A stretch of 64,000 bases of DNA from Podarcis filfolensis (lineage: Eukaryota). The stretch is from assembly GCA_964270895.1 (NCBI GenBank), contig OZ185446.1; one strand, written 5' to 3'. The notes beneath the pieces are model-generated. The model was not told the DNA's origin and did not search any database. It was given only the letters and a program-made list of their open reading frames with translations. This document shows, in pieces, positions 1 through 11,179 of this stretch (position 1 is the stretch's first letter; each line of letters begins with the position of its first letter). A program made the position numbers and the translations under genes.

Positions 1-309
1 GGAACTTACTGTAAGTCAATTGATTTGTGCCCTGCAGAGCAGCTGCAGCAACAGGGTGATCATCCCTCCCCAGCTTATGTACCCTCATCTGATGGGGTGT
101 GCATGTGCAACCTGAGGCTCCGCCTACACAGAAGCTGTCCCTGCTCTTCCCTTTGCATGCCTCTCCTGGTTCTAGGAGACAGTGGGATGGTGGATGGCGG
201 GGAGTCTACCAGCCCACCCCTTGCATGAACAGTCTCTTTCTTCTCCACCACATCCTGAACACCTCCCTCCATCTCGGACTGCCCTGCCCCTTCCTCCTCC
301 TGTGTCAGA

Positions 310-1155
310 TGTCAGGGAATTCTCTCCCTCTCCCGGTGGCAGCAAGAAGCAGAGAAAAACAAAGAAGAGTTCTTACTAATGAGTTTATTCAATCATCACA
401 GTGAGAGACAAGGAATGCAGTCTGTATCCCATTAGTGGCATTGCTCAAAGTGAGCTTCTCTCCACTCCTTTGCTAACAACAGCACTTCCCCTTATGGTGG
501 CCACCAGGGGCTAGTTGTCGCTGAGTCCTTTGCTCTTGCACTCTCAATGAATGCTGAGTTCTGGGAGAAGGGGGGGGGGTCAGAAATACTCTCCAGTGAT
601 TATGTGACAGCTGGCTGCTCTGGCTCCCCTGGCTCTGGCTCTGCCCTCCCTTCTCCCAGAACCTCCCAACTCTTTTGTTCGCCTGTCCCTGAGCTGTGAC
701 CTTCCTCAAACCACTGCTGTAATTCAATACAGTGGTACTTTGGTTTAAGAACAGCTTAGTTTATGAACAACTTGGATTAAGAATGCTGCAAACCCAGAAG
801 TAGGTGTTTTGGTTTGTGAACTTTACCTTGGAATAAGAACATGCTTCGCTTCCTGTTGAGTGTGTTCCATTTGTAAATTGAGTCCCCCGCTGCTATGGGA
901 AAGCACACCTTGGTTTAAAGATGTTTTGGTTTAAGAACGGACTTCTGGAAAGGATTAAGTTCGTAAACCAAGGTACCACTGTACTGCTTTCCTCTTCTCT
1001 GGAAGCCCCAGGAGAAGGGGGGTGGGCGATCTCCACCATTCCTCCTCAATCTCTTCCCCTTCAGCCAGTCCCTGACATCCTGCTGCCCTGGCTGCCGCCT
1101 TGCAGGCAGCACCAAACCCCATAAATCGCTGACCCCCTCTCCTGGGTTCCTGACA
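310..1155 (-). mobile_element. Degenerate solo-LTR-like element, interrupted by a Tc1/mariner MITE
   Basis: Begins TGTCAGG and ends CCTGACA (TG..CA). An AATAAA is on the minus strand near 385. The GA/CT-rich body continues on both sides of the MITE at 730-981. No TSD found. Confidence 0.45.
730..981. mobile_element. Tc1/mariner (Tigger/pogo-like) MITE
   Basis: Terminal inverted repeats CAGTGGTAC(T/C)TTGGTTTA..GAAC / GTTCGTAAACCAAGGTACCACTG, with a TA duplication at 728-729 and 982-983. Confidence 0.9.
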
Positions 1156-1261
1156 TATACTGAACAAATTAATATGTGAGAGCAAATGGCACAGAAGGAA
1201 TGGGGCACCCTGAGGTTTGTCCACGGCAAGTATATGCATTAGCTATTAAGTATGTTAATAT

Positions 1262-1478
1262 GTTACAGGAGAGTAAGCTTCGGTCTAACATTAGGAAAAG
1301 CTTCTTAATGGTAAGAGCAGTTTGACAATGGAGCCAATTAAAATGTAGTGGGCTCTCCCATGCTGGAGGTCTTTAAGCGGAGACTGAGCAACTGTTCTTT
1401 GTGGACACTGCAGCTCTGGATCTCCTACACTCAACAGGAGGCTGGACTGCAAAGGTCCTTCCAGATCTATGATTCTAT
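1262..1478 (+). mobile_element. CR1 LINE 3' fragment (degenerate)
   Basis: CR1-type text 'CTAACATTAGGAAAAGCTTCTTAATGGTAAGAGCAG...CCCATGCTGGAGGTCTTTAAG', ending in the CR1 tail 'TCTATGATTCTAT'. Confidence 0.8.
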
Positions 1479-2890
1479 CCATAGTCCTCCAACACACAAC
1501 GACTTTTTGGGGGATTTAAAATGTTCCCTTTTAATGCTGCCACACAGTGCACATTGCTTCCATCCTCTGTGACAATTTGTCCCCCATGACCTGAATTTCA
1601 TTGCAGCAGATTTGAAATTAGCATAATTAGGCGGGCCACCTTGCTACCTGAGAAAGTCTTTCCTCAAGGATAAAGAATATATTGCTTGGTAAATGAAGCA
1701 CATTTTGTTGTTGTTTGTAATTGCATCCTTGCTGTTAAGCAACCCATTAGAGGAGGCCATTGTCGGCTTTCAAGTGATTCTTTCTTCCTCGGTAATTTGA
1801 ACACTTCCCATGTTAAATGCATTTTGAGATTTAGCCAGTGGCACTGCTTGGTTTGAGGGAGCCCCTGGTCAAGATGCTATTATGGTAAGTGGGGTGGGAG
1901 AAGCATGAGTTCCTCTTTCTTTCTGATGGGTACCCAGATTGCTAATGCAGGGATTTTGTGGGAGGGATTCAAGTGAATACTCAAAATCTGTTTGGAATAG
2001 CTTAGTAGCTTTTTATTTTTCAAGAAACACATATTCCTGAACATATGCAGAGTACATTCTGTCTCCCCCTACCAACATTATCTCACATCTCAGAAGCGGG
2101 CTACTACATGGACAGAAATGGAGCATTATAGAAGGCAGAAGATTATGTGGCCTGAGAGACTTAAGGCAGCCCTGTATTTTAACTGTAATTTTCACAAACA
2201 CAGAGATGGAAGCTGCCTGTAAAAGAGCCAACAAGAGTTCTTCTAATTTATACAATGGATTGTTTCAGCCCTTGGAGTAGTTCCAAAATCTATATGGCAC
2301 AAAGGCAGACAAAAGTCACCTTTCTCCATCTATAGCGGGCCTCTCAGAGAAGCACAGCATAAAATCTCCTTGTGTTTTTTTCCCCTGTATCCTTCCACCA
2401 CCACCCCTTGAAAGGTATTTTGAGGATCTGTCACTTTCACTTGCCCTTTGGTGTTTTGTTTGGGAAGTAAAACCACGTGACAGCAACTGGTTTAGAAAAC
2501 GAAGGGGCTGGAAACATCCACTCATGACATCCTGTTGATGTAATATATTCAGCTAATGTGCAGCTGGTGACCATTGGAAAAGGGTAGGGCAGAAAGTAAA
2601 GAAGCCGAGGGGAGGTGGAGCCAGAGCCAGTGACAGGTAGGGCCTACAAATTCCAGTTTTGTTTTTCTTCTCCTGCCTGATGAGTCCCACAAGGGCAACA
2701 CTGAGACAAAGAAACAGAAAGCTGACAGGCATCTCCCTCCCTCCCTGGAGTGCCCATAAATAAGATGCCAGGAAGGTGGGGGTTGTCTGAGGGCAGACTG
2801 AGGTTGGTATGACTGTGTCTCGTTTGCCCTAACATACAAGCTTCCACTGCTAAGATGTGCTTGTTAAAGTGGTGTGATGACACATCTGTC

Positions 2891-3329
2891 TGTTAGGATT
2901 CATTCCCCGTGGTGCAGTCATGGGATTGTTTTTATCACATGACTGTGTATGTTTTCATTCCACATTGTGGGAAGTGACGGAGACAGGATGTTTATATTAC
3001 TGTGTTTCTGTGATGTAGAACATTTGTCTTCTATTCTTTCTCTTTGCTGTCTGATGCTGAAGAGGAAGGAGCTGAGTTACGATGCTCCGAACATATATGT
3101 GTAAATAAACATAGTTTAGCCAAAAAAGCTGCGCTACTGAGTCTGTACACTGACTGCCTATACTCTGCTGATCCTGAAGTGTGCTGATGCCTCTGAGGTA
3201 TCAGTCGCTGTGACGTTCGGGCTGGAGAAAGATTTTGAATCTCCCAAGCGAATGACCAGGAGGGAGAAAACATGCCAGTCGGTCATGTGTCTCTACTGGA
3301 CTCCTACTTGTGTGTAGGACCTCCTGACA
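2891..3329 (+). mobile_element. Solo LTR (copy 1 of a family seen twice)
   Basis: TGTTAGG...CCTGACA ends with a 5-bp TSD CTGTC (2886-2890, 3330-3334) and AATAAA at ~3104. Similar in reverse complement to 24716-25167. Confidence 0.8.
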
Positions 3330-3626
3330 CTGTCTCCATCACTGGTATTTCCCCCATCACCTAAGGTAAGTAGCAATGGGGAGAAAGACTTCTTTAGAGC
3401 TGGCCTCTAGGGGTAGCAGTATTCCTTGAATGCTCCTCAGGACAGCAGCTAACCCAAGCTTAGGGACTGAGATTCTGCTTTGCTTGGGAGATGTTTACTC
3501 CCCTGTTGAAGTCTAAAAGAGGAGGGCGATTTTCTTCCCAGTGTAGTTCCAGTGTAACAGACATTGCACACACCATATGTATAAGTTCCATTCCATGAGC
3601 ATGTTTATTTACCTTACGTTCTTTTC

Positions 3627-4016
3627 CATATCCTCCAACATTTCTCAGATGAAAATGGGGACATCCTGTTCCATAATAATAAAAAACAATAATTTTATTA
3701 TTTATACCCCGCCCATGTGACTGGGCTGCCCCAGCCACTCTAGCCTGCTTTTAACATATATAAAAACAGAACACCTTCAGATGTCTCCTAAAGGTTGTAT
3801 AGTTACATATCTCCTTGGCTCTGGGGGGAGGGGGGTCACATAACTGCATACCCTCCAATGAAAATAAGGATGTCCTACCATACCCTCCCATATTTCGCAG
3901 ATGAAAATAGCGACATCCTAGGGGAAAGCGGGACATTCTGGGTTCAAATCAGAAACTGGGATGGCTTCTGTAAATTTGGGACTTTCCCTGGAAAATAGGG
4001 ACGCTTGGAGAGTCTA
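3627..4016 (-). mobile_element. Composite MITE carrying an L2 3' end (copy A)
   Basis: Its reverse complement aligns end to end with 52878-53254. It has subterminal repeats CATACCCTCC...GATGAAAATAGG/GGGACATCCT, an embedded L2 tail, and a 6-bp flanking duplication CTTTTC. Confidence 0.8.
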
Positions 4017-4902
4017 CTTTTCAGAGACCTATGGTAACTAAAAAACCAGTGAGTTTTAAAATTCCATAATGTAACTGGATAGATAACACTCTTTCTTGTT
4101 CTACTGTAGGTGATTGTGCAGTGATCTTGACTGCATGGAGGAACCAATGTGAAAATAGCTGTATGTACAAAGGCATCCAGATCTCCAAGGCCTCCCACCA
4201 AATGCATGGAGGTCAGAATGGAGTCACTGGAGTGTTCACATTGGTGGGGGCGGCAGCAGATATGGCCTGCACTGAGCACATGGAGGAAACTTACGGCTTA
4301 TGTTTATTTTAAAAATCTGTTGAAAGTGTACTTACTTACTTCAGAAGAAGCCAATTATATGGTATCATATCTGAGAGCTGTCTTTGGGTGTAATCTCTGT
4401 TAGAATTTGTGAGTTTCTTTGCTGCTTTTTAATGGTAAATTATTTCGTGTGTAGAGTCTGTGCACCGTGGGCATTTTGGGAACCTTTCAAAAGCCGAATC
4501 TCAGAGCTTCTGGCTTTTGAAGGCATCTTGGAGGGAGGAACGGTGTTGAGAGAGAAAGAGTACAAGCCCAGCTCTCTCCTGCAAGGCAGGTCTTTTGATT
4601 AAGGTTTTCCATTTTAAACAGAGTTTAATCAAGGACAGCCAAACCAGAGGCAAGCCAGTTTTCCAGGTGTGCCTTCTTGTGCAGATGGTGTGCTGCCAAA
4701 GAGAATCAAAAGAGACTTAATTACCAGAATGATCAGCAGAGTCAGACGGGAGGAGGAATTATGCACTCTGATGGAAGCAGATCATTACAAAACAGCAACA
4801 TGGCTTGGCACGTGAAACGGGAAAAGGACGGCTTTTTAAAGCAGCAGCGCTGCTTGCTCCATCTTCAGCCTGCCTGCAGCGCGCGCGCACACACACACAC
4901 AA

Positions 4903-4956
<54 letters not shown>
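4903..4956. repeat. (GTATAT)9 microsatellite preceded by (CG)n(CA)n
   Basis: Read directly from the sequence. Confidence 0.97.
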
Positions 4957-5409
4957 CTATGCTATGATCAGGATGGTTCCTACCATATGGAAAACTCATT
5001 TCACACCATGCAAATTGAAAAGTTGTACTTAAAATATGAAAATGAATAAAATCTATGCCAATAGAAAATATAGAACAATGTAAAATCAATCAGTATAGCC
5101 TCTTCACCTTCTTATTGCAAACATCAGTAGTCTAATGTGCCAAAGAACCTACACAATTAAAAGACTGGCTCATCCCCACAGGAGTTTAATGTGGCTTTAT
5201 GCTGAATGTGCATTGATTTTCGGGGAGGGCATCATCTACATGATGTTCTCCCCATTCAAGTGGCAGCCTGAAGTTTTTCCACAGTTAACCTGGATTTTAA
5301 CCAATCAAGGGGAAAACCAGGAAAAAAAAAATGCTTGTTGCCTGACTGTAGATGTGCTGGAACATATTGTGTGGACTGGTGATTTTTCTGTTGTGCCATC
5401 TATCACCAA

Positions 5410-5572
5410 NNNNNNNNNNNNNNNNNNNNNNNNNNNNNNNNNNNNNNNNNNNNNNNNNNNNNNNNNNNNNNNNNNNNNNNNNNNNNNNNNNNNNNNNNNN
5501 NNNNNNNNNNNNNNNNNNNNNNNNNNNNNNNNNNNNNNNNNNNNNNNNNNNNNNNNNNNNNNNNNNNNNNNN
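5410..5572. other. Assembly gap (N run)
   Basis: Run of N. Confidence 1.
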
Positions 5573-5954
5573 TGTATTCTCTCTCTCTCTCTCTTAAAAA
5601 ACAGCTCTTAAATGCATAAGAGAGCTTGTACGAAGCAGCTGCATTAAAAATAAAATCTGCCTTTGCAGAGAAAGGAGAGAGCAAAAAGGGAGGAAAGGAA
5701 GGGAGTGACTCCAAATCTTGCCCTGCTTGGAGGGACAAGCAGAATCTGACCTGGCGGGGCTTTGTGGCATCTAAATAAAGGTGAATACAATTAACAAGTA
5801 GTTAAGGAGGGAGCATCTAGAAAAGCAGTGGGGCACTCTCTGCCCTCTCGTAGTTTGAGCACTGCCCAAAGTCTTTAAGAATCTAATCTGCATGTTTGAT
5901 TGCAGTCTACATGCGGAATTCCACCAGAACATCTGGCTACGGCCAATCGGAAAG

Positions 5955-6075
5955 CAGAACATCTCACCGCTTTGCGTGCAGAGAGCCTTGGGTTCAATCC
6001 CTGACATCACCGGTTAAAAGGGTAAGGTAGGAGATGATGCAAAAGACCCTTTTCTTAAGACCATGGAGAATAAGG
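5955..6075 (+). mobile_element. Degenerate tRNA-derived SINE (Squam2-like)
   Basis: tRNA-like head 'GCTTTGCGTGCAGAGAGCCTTGGGTTCAATCCCTGACATC' with a B-box-like GGTTCAATCC. Confidence 0.55.
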
Positions 6076-6286
6076 GTTGTTGCCTGCAAAGAGTAAGCAT
6101 TTTATCTCTTCTTTCATTGAGTTTTAATGTTTCATAATATAAAGACAAAATGACACAAACCCCACTACATGTTGTTGTTGTTGACATGGGTTTTTAAAAT
6201 GATGCATGGTTTGAAAAAAGTGGCTAGGTATAAGTTTTTCTCCATCTCTTATAATATTAGTATCTGGGGCCATCCAGGGACTGACA

Positions 6287-6990
6287 GTGCATAGTTAAAA
6301 TATGGAGCGAGCTCCCACAAGATGTAGCAATGGCTTTAAATGAGAATTAGTTGAATTCCCAGAAGATATGGCTGTCAGTGGCTACCAGGTCAAATGACTA
6401 TGTTCTCTCTCTGCTATCTGAGGAAGGATGCCTCTGAATTCCACTTTCTGGGAATCATTAGAGAGGAGAGTAGTGCTGGACCCAGGTTCTGCTTGTAGAC
6501 TTCACACGGATTTGTGTTTGGCTACTCGGCCTCGTGTGTTTGGATTTGTGTTTGGCTAAACGGCCTCGGCCCAGTATACCTGAAGGAGCATCTCCACCCC
6601 CATCGTTCTGCCCGGGTGCTGAGGTCCAGCGCCGAGGGCCTTCTGGCGGTTCCCTCATTGCGAGAAGCAAAGCTACAGGGAACCAGGCAGAGGGCCTTCT
6701 CGGTAGTGGCACCCACCCTGTGGAACGCCCTCCCACCAGATGTCAAAGAGATAAACAACTACCTGACATTCAGAAGACATCTTAATGATTTTAATGTGTT
6801 TTTAATGTGTGACATCTTAGTGTACTTTTGGTCTTTGTGGAAGCCGCCCAAAGTGGCTGGGGAAACCCAGCCAGATGGGCGGGGTACAAATAATAAATTA
6901 TTATTATTCATATTATTATTACTGTGAGAATAAGTTGCTGGTTGAGATGGGCCTGATCCAGCAGGGCTTTTCTTAGGATGAATTAGGATG
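6287..6990 (+). mobile_element. Old CR1-type 3' end, split by an L2 insertion
   Basis: 'ATAGTTAAAATATGGAGCGAGCTCCCACAAGATG...GGCTTTAAATGAGAATTAG' before the L2, resuming after it with 'CTGTGAGAATAAG...GGCCTGATCCAGCAGGGCTTTTCTTA'. Confidence 0.6.
6556..6920 (+). mobile_element. L2 LINE 3' fragment (young family)
   Basis: Encodes LNGLGPVYLKEHLHPHRSARVLRSSAEGLLAVPSLREAKLQGTRQRAFSVVAPTLWNALP, nearly identical to the C-terminus of the L2 ORF at 55970-57013. Ends in the family 3' UTR and an (ATT)n tail. Confidence 0.95.
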
Positions 6991-8020
6991 ACGTTGGCCT
7001 CATCCTAAGGATAAAAACCTGTCGTGTTCACTTACTCCCATACATAACTGCATAGCACTATAGCCTAAAGCCATAGAAATCAGCCCACAGGGTGGAGAAA
7101 AATAAGAGATAAGAAGGCTCTGATTTATTCCAGAGTTTGCCCCCCCTTCTGTGATGCTCTATTTTTTTGTTTCCTTTGCTCTTCTTACATTTAAGTGTCT
7201 TTTTAAAACCTGATTCTCCTAGTACCAATTCCTCTCCTGCCTTTCTTCTGTTGGCTGCTTGCCTGTTGATAATAGACAGGAGATACTGCTTCTGGCAAAG
7301 TGGAGTCACTTGGGGAACTGGACGAGGAGTGCACTTAATAATACAAGGATCTCGCCATGCTTTACAGACATTAATTAATTAAGTCTCACAACACTTTTTT
7401 GAGAGAGGGAAGAATGATGATATATGCACTTGACATCTGGGCACACAGAAGTGGCTGGCTGAGGTCTCATTTTGAATATGTGTTAATAAGTTTTAAACTC
7501 CCTTCCAAAAAAAGAGAAAGACTATAGGTTTTCATAAGACTAGGGTATAGGTTTTCAAGCAGCCCCTAGAACACAGGAATTTGCTGTATACTGAATTGTT
7601 GTTTCATAATTAAATATCAGTATGTGAGCTGTATATAAATGCACAGGGCTGTACGGATTCTGCAAGGAACTTGGAACTGGGCACAAAATTATTATGTGCC
7701 CTTCATTTTAAAAAGCAAATTTCTAACGAGTGAAGAGGCATCTTTCAGTAGACTGTGTATCTCAGAATCAATATTTTCTGCTCATTTAGATATGCCCATT
7801 CCAGAAGAAGCTGTTCCAAAAAAGTGGGAGTCAAGAGCCTCTGGCACACCAGATGTTGGGCTCCAACTCCCATCAGCCCCAACTAGGATGGCCAAGGGTA
7901 AGAGATGATGGGAATTGTAGTCCAGGAACATCTAGAGGGCTACGAATGTGGAAAGCCACATAGCTATTTAGCACCTTACAGTGCAATCCTAAACATGTCT
8001 ACTCAGAAGTAAGTCCTATT

Positions 8021-8813
8021 GACACCAAGTTGGGGAGGGGTAGCTAATGCTTTGGAAGACAGAACTGGGATTCACAATGACCTTAGCAGCTTGGAGAACT
8101 GGGTCCAAACCAACAAAATGAATTTCAATAGGGACAAACGTTAGGTTCCACACTTAGGCAGGAAGTACCAGCTGCACAAATATAAGATGGGGGACACCTG
8201 GTTTTTCAGTAATACATGTGAAAAGGATGCATCAACAGAAGTATAGTGTCTCGATCAAGGGAAGTCATAATACCACTCTATTCTGCCTCGTTCAGACCAC
8301 AACTGGAGTACTGTGTCCAACTGACGGCACCATGATTGAAGAAGAATTTTGACAAGCTGAAATGTGTGCAGAGGTGGGCAACCAAGTCAATAAAGCATCT
8401 GGAAACTAAGTCTAAGAAGATTGGTTGAGGGATTTGGGCAAGTTTAGCCTGGGGGAAAAAATGAGACTGAGAGGAGATATTATAGCCATCTTCAGATACC
8501 TAAAGGGCTGTCACATGGAAGTTGGAACACGCTTGTTTTCTCCTGGTCTGGAGGGTAGGACCCAAACCAATGACTTCAAGTTATAAGAAAGGAGATTCTG
8601 ACTAAACATCAGGAAGAACTTTCTGATGGTAAGAGCTGTTCAACAGTGGAATGGACTCCCTTGGAAGGTGGTGGACTATCCTTCACTGGAGATTTTTAAA
8701 CAGAGGTTGGATGGCCATCTGTCAGGGGTGCTTTACTTGAGATTCCTGCATTGCAGGGAGTTAGACTAGATGACCCTCAGGGTCCCTTCCAACTCTACAA
8801 TTCTATGATTCTA
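8021..8813 (+). mobile_element. CR1 LINE, 5'-truncated (RT C-terminus plus 3' UTR)
   Basis: My translation DTKLGGVANALEDRTGIHNDLSSLENWVQTNKMNFNRDK matches the CR1 RT after YADD. It contains stops, and ends in the tail ATTCTATGATTCTA. Confidence 0.95.
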
Positions 8814-10209
8814 AATTGGTCTTACTCTCAGACAAGTAGGGTTTGATTACAGCCTTAGAATTTTTGTAGCAGGGGAAAGAACTGAACCAGGTTTTTTTAG
8901 GGGGGGGGGTGAATGGAATCAACAGCAAAGACAGAAACAGTGATATAGCAGGAGATATTTGAATTACTTTATGGTTCTGTTAGTAGGGGTCTGCCTTGGA
9001 ATCATTGATTTTCCAGAGAGATGAAGAGATTATACAGCACAGAACTTAGCTATTGTTACCTTGTGATTTTCAATTAAGGGAAGGTGAAAAAAAATAAAAA
9101 GTATCCCAGTGTCATGGTCATAACCTGAAGGGTTCAGACAAGAATTCTGCTGCATACAAATGAGTTAAAAGATGGATAGTTTATCTGTATGGGAAAATTG
9201 CAGGCTCGCCATGGAAATGTCTCCTTAGGTTAGTAAAGTCTGCTGCTAGCGTTTTCATGACAACAGATCTGTGGACTGTGAATTAAACCCTTGATTTCTC
9301 TCCTTCTCTTTGACATTCAGAAAACCTTTCATGGGGATCTCAAATAATTATTTTTTTAAAAACACACACACACACACATTTACCTTTACGGTCAGACAAG
9401 GGAAGCCCTCAGTCTCTGTAGGTCCAATCTATTAAAAATATTAAAGGACAACTAGATAATACAAGCTTCAGGGTGACAAGATGCTGGCTTATTGAGAAGT
9501 TGACCTACCCAGGAGCTCAGGAAAAGAAGACAATCTCCTCCTGGCCCTACTTTGCTATGCAGTTACTGTATGAACTACTAGGATGATTATGTAAGCTCTG
9601 GGACACCAAAAAACAAGACGTGGATAATGACATTCTGGTGGTGGTGGGGATAGTTGCTCTAACCAAATCTATATGCACAGCTTTTGGTTCTTTCAAGAGT
9701 CCATAATTAGTATTGCCATGTTGAGCCACTAATGCATCTAAGATTTGTTTGTGGAAAAACTTACTTTACCCTGGTGTTTATTCCTGGCAATAGATAGCCT
9801 TTTGTCTTTGCCCTCTAACAAAAATGTGGATTTCAAAAAGGCAATGGGTGGTTCCCAATGAAATGGATATGCTAGCGAAAGAGCTTTTGACTCTGTAAAT
9901 GAACTTCCCTTCCGTCTCCTCTTTCTAAATCTGTTCTGAGGTTTCCCCAAACCCGTCTGGAGCAGATTGAGAGTGCAGGGGAGCATGGGGAGAAGAGAGC
10001 AAGTGAAAGTTCTGTTGCACAATTGGAAATCCTCGTGCTGGTGGATCTGTTTAGTTGGATGCCCCCCAACGCCCCTTCCATTTGAAGTGTCCTATTAGAA
10101 GAATGGGGTTCTTCACCATATTTACAATAATTGCAACTGTGCACTCAATCACATGTACATAGTATTCAGTTCCAAGCATTCAGTTCATTTGCATGATGAC
10201 ATTCATGGG

Positions 10210-10216
10210 AATAATA

Positions 10217-10262
<46 letters not shown>

Positions 10263-10534
10263 TTTATACCCTGCCCATCTGGCTGGGTTTCCCCAGCCAC
10301 TCTGGGCAGCTTCCAACAAAAGATTGAAATACAATAATTCATCAAATATTAAAAACTTCACTAAACAGGGCTGCCTTCTAAAAGTGGTATAGTTCTTCAT
10401 CTCCTTGACATCTGATGGGAGGGCATTCCACAGGGCAGGCGCCACTACCGAGAAGGCCCTCTGCCTGGTTCCCTGTAACTTCGCTTCTCACAATGGGGGA
10501 ATTGCCAGAAGGCCCTCGGTGCTGGACCTCAGTG
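10210..10534 (-). mobile_element. L2 LINE 3' fragment
   Basis: (AAT)n tail plus the family 3' UTR. The minus-strand ORF APALWNALPSDVKEMKNYTTFRR matches the other L2 copies. Confidence 0.95.
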
Positions 10535-10973
10535 AAGAGCATCTACGGGTAGTCCCAGTTTTGATCGCTAGCACTTCTGGGAAGAGCTGGTAGGACAATT
10601 GTCTGAAAGTTGCTGCTGGATTAAAGCAAATGGGCCAATGCTCTGATTCAATATAAGGCAGTTTCCTATGCTTCTAATTGCAGAAAAAAAGTGGGGGCAT
10701 GCAGGCAAGCCCCACCCTCTCCAGCAGCCGCCTTCCCCATCTTTCTATCATTGGTGTGTTAAGGGCAACCCTCCAAAGCAGGGAGCTTCTTGTACACATG
10801 GAGGCTGTGCTTGTGATTCAGAACCCTGATTATGCAAGGAAGCCTCCATGAATAGAAGACTCTCCCCACTTGATAGAACAACCCCAACTCACCTGTGACT
10901 GTGACTAAATGTTCCGAATGCAGCTTGCAAATAGAAGATCACATTTATTATTTCCATTTTCCTCCAGTAGGTG

Positions 10974-10976
<3 letters not shown>

Positions 10977-11018
<42 letters not shown>
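10977..11018. repeat. (TC)n microsatellite
   Basis: Read directly from the sequence. Confidence 0.97.
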
Positions 11019-11025
<7 letters not shown>

Positions 11026-11179
11026 AATTAAATTTTCTGTTTTACAATTTAGAATATTCATTTAAACAACCTTAAAATGTCAGTTTTCTTCTCTTTCCGT
11101 GGTTCTTTTTGTATATCATAAATCCCTGCATATTTTACATAAACTAAACCATTCAGTAATCCATTATTACATTTATCAA

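Noticed and set aside
4677-5089. ORFs with poly-IC, poly-YM and poly-IH runs
   Set aside because: Read-through of the (GTATAT)n microsatellite. The same applies to the poly-I/L/N/Y ORFs at (AAT)n L2 tails.
5135-5738. ORFs of 81-158 aa spanning X runs
   Set aside because: Their length is an artefact of the N gap. The same applies to 14088-14306.
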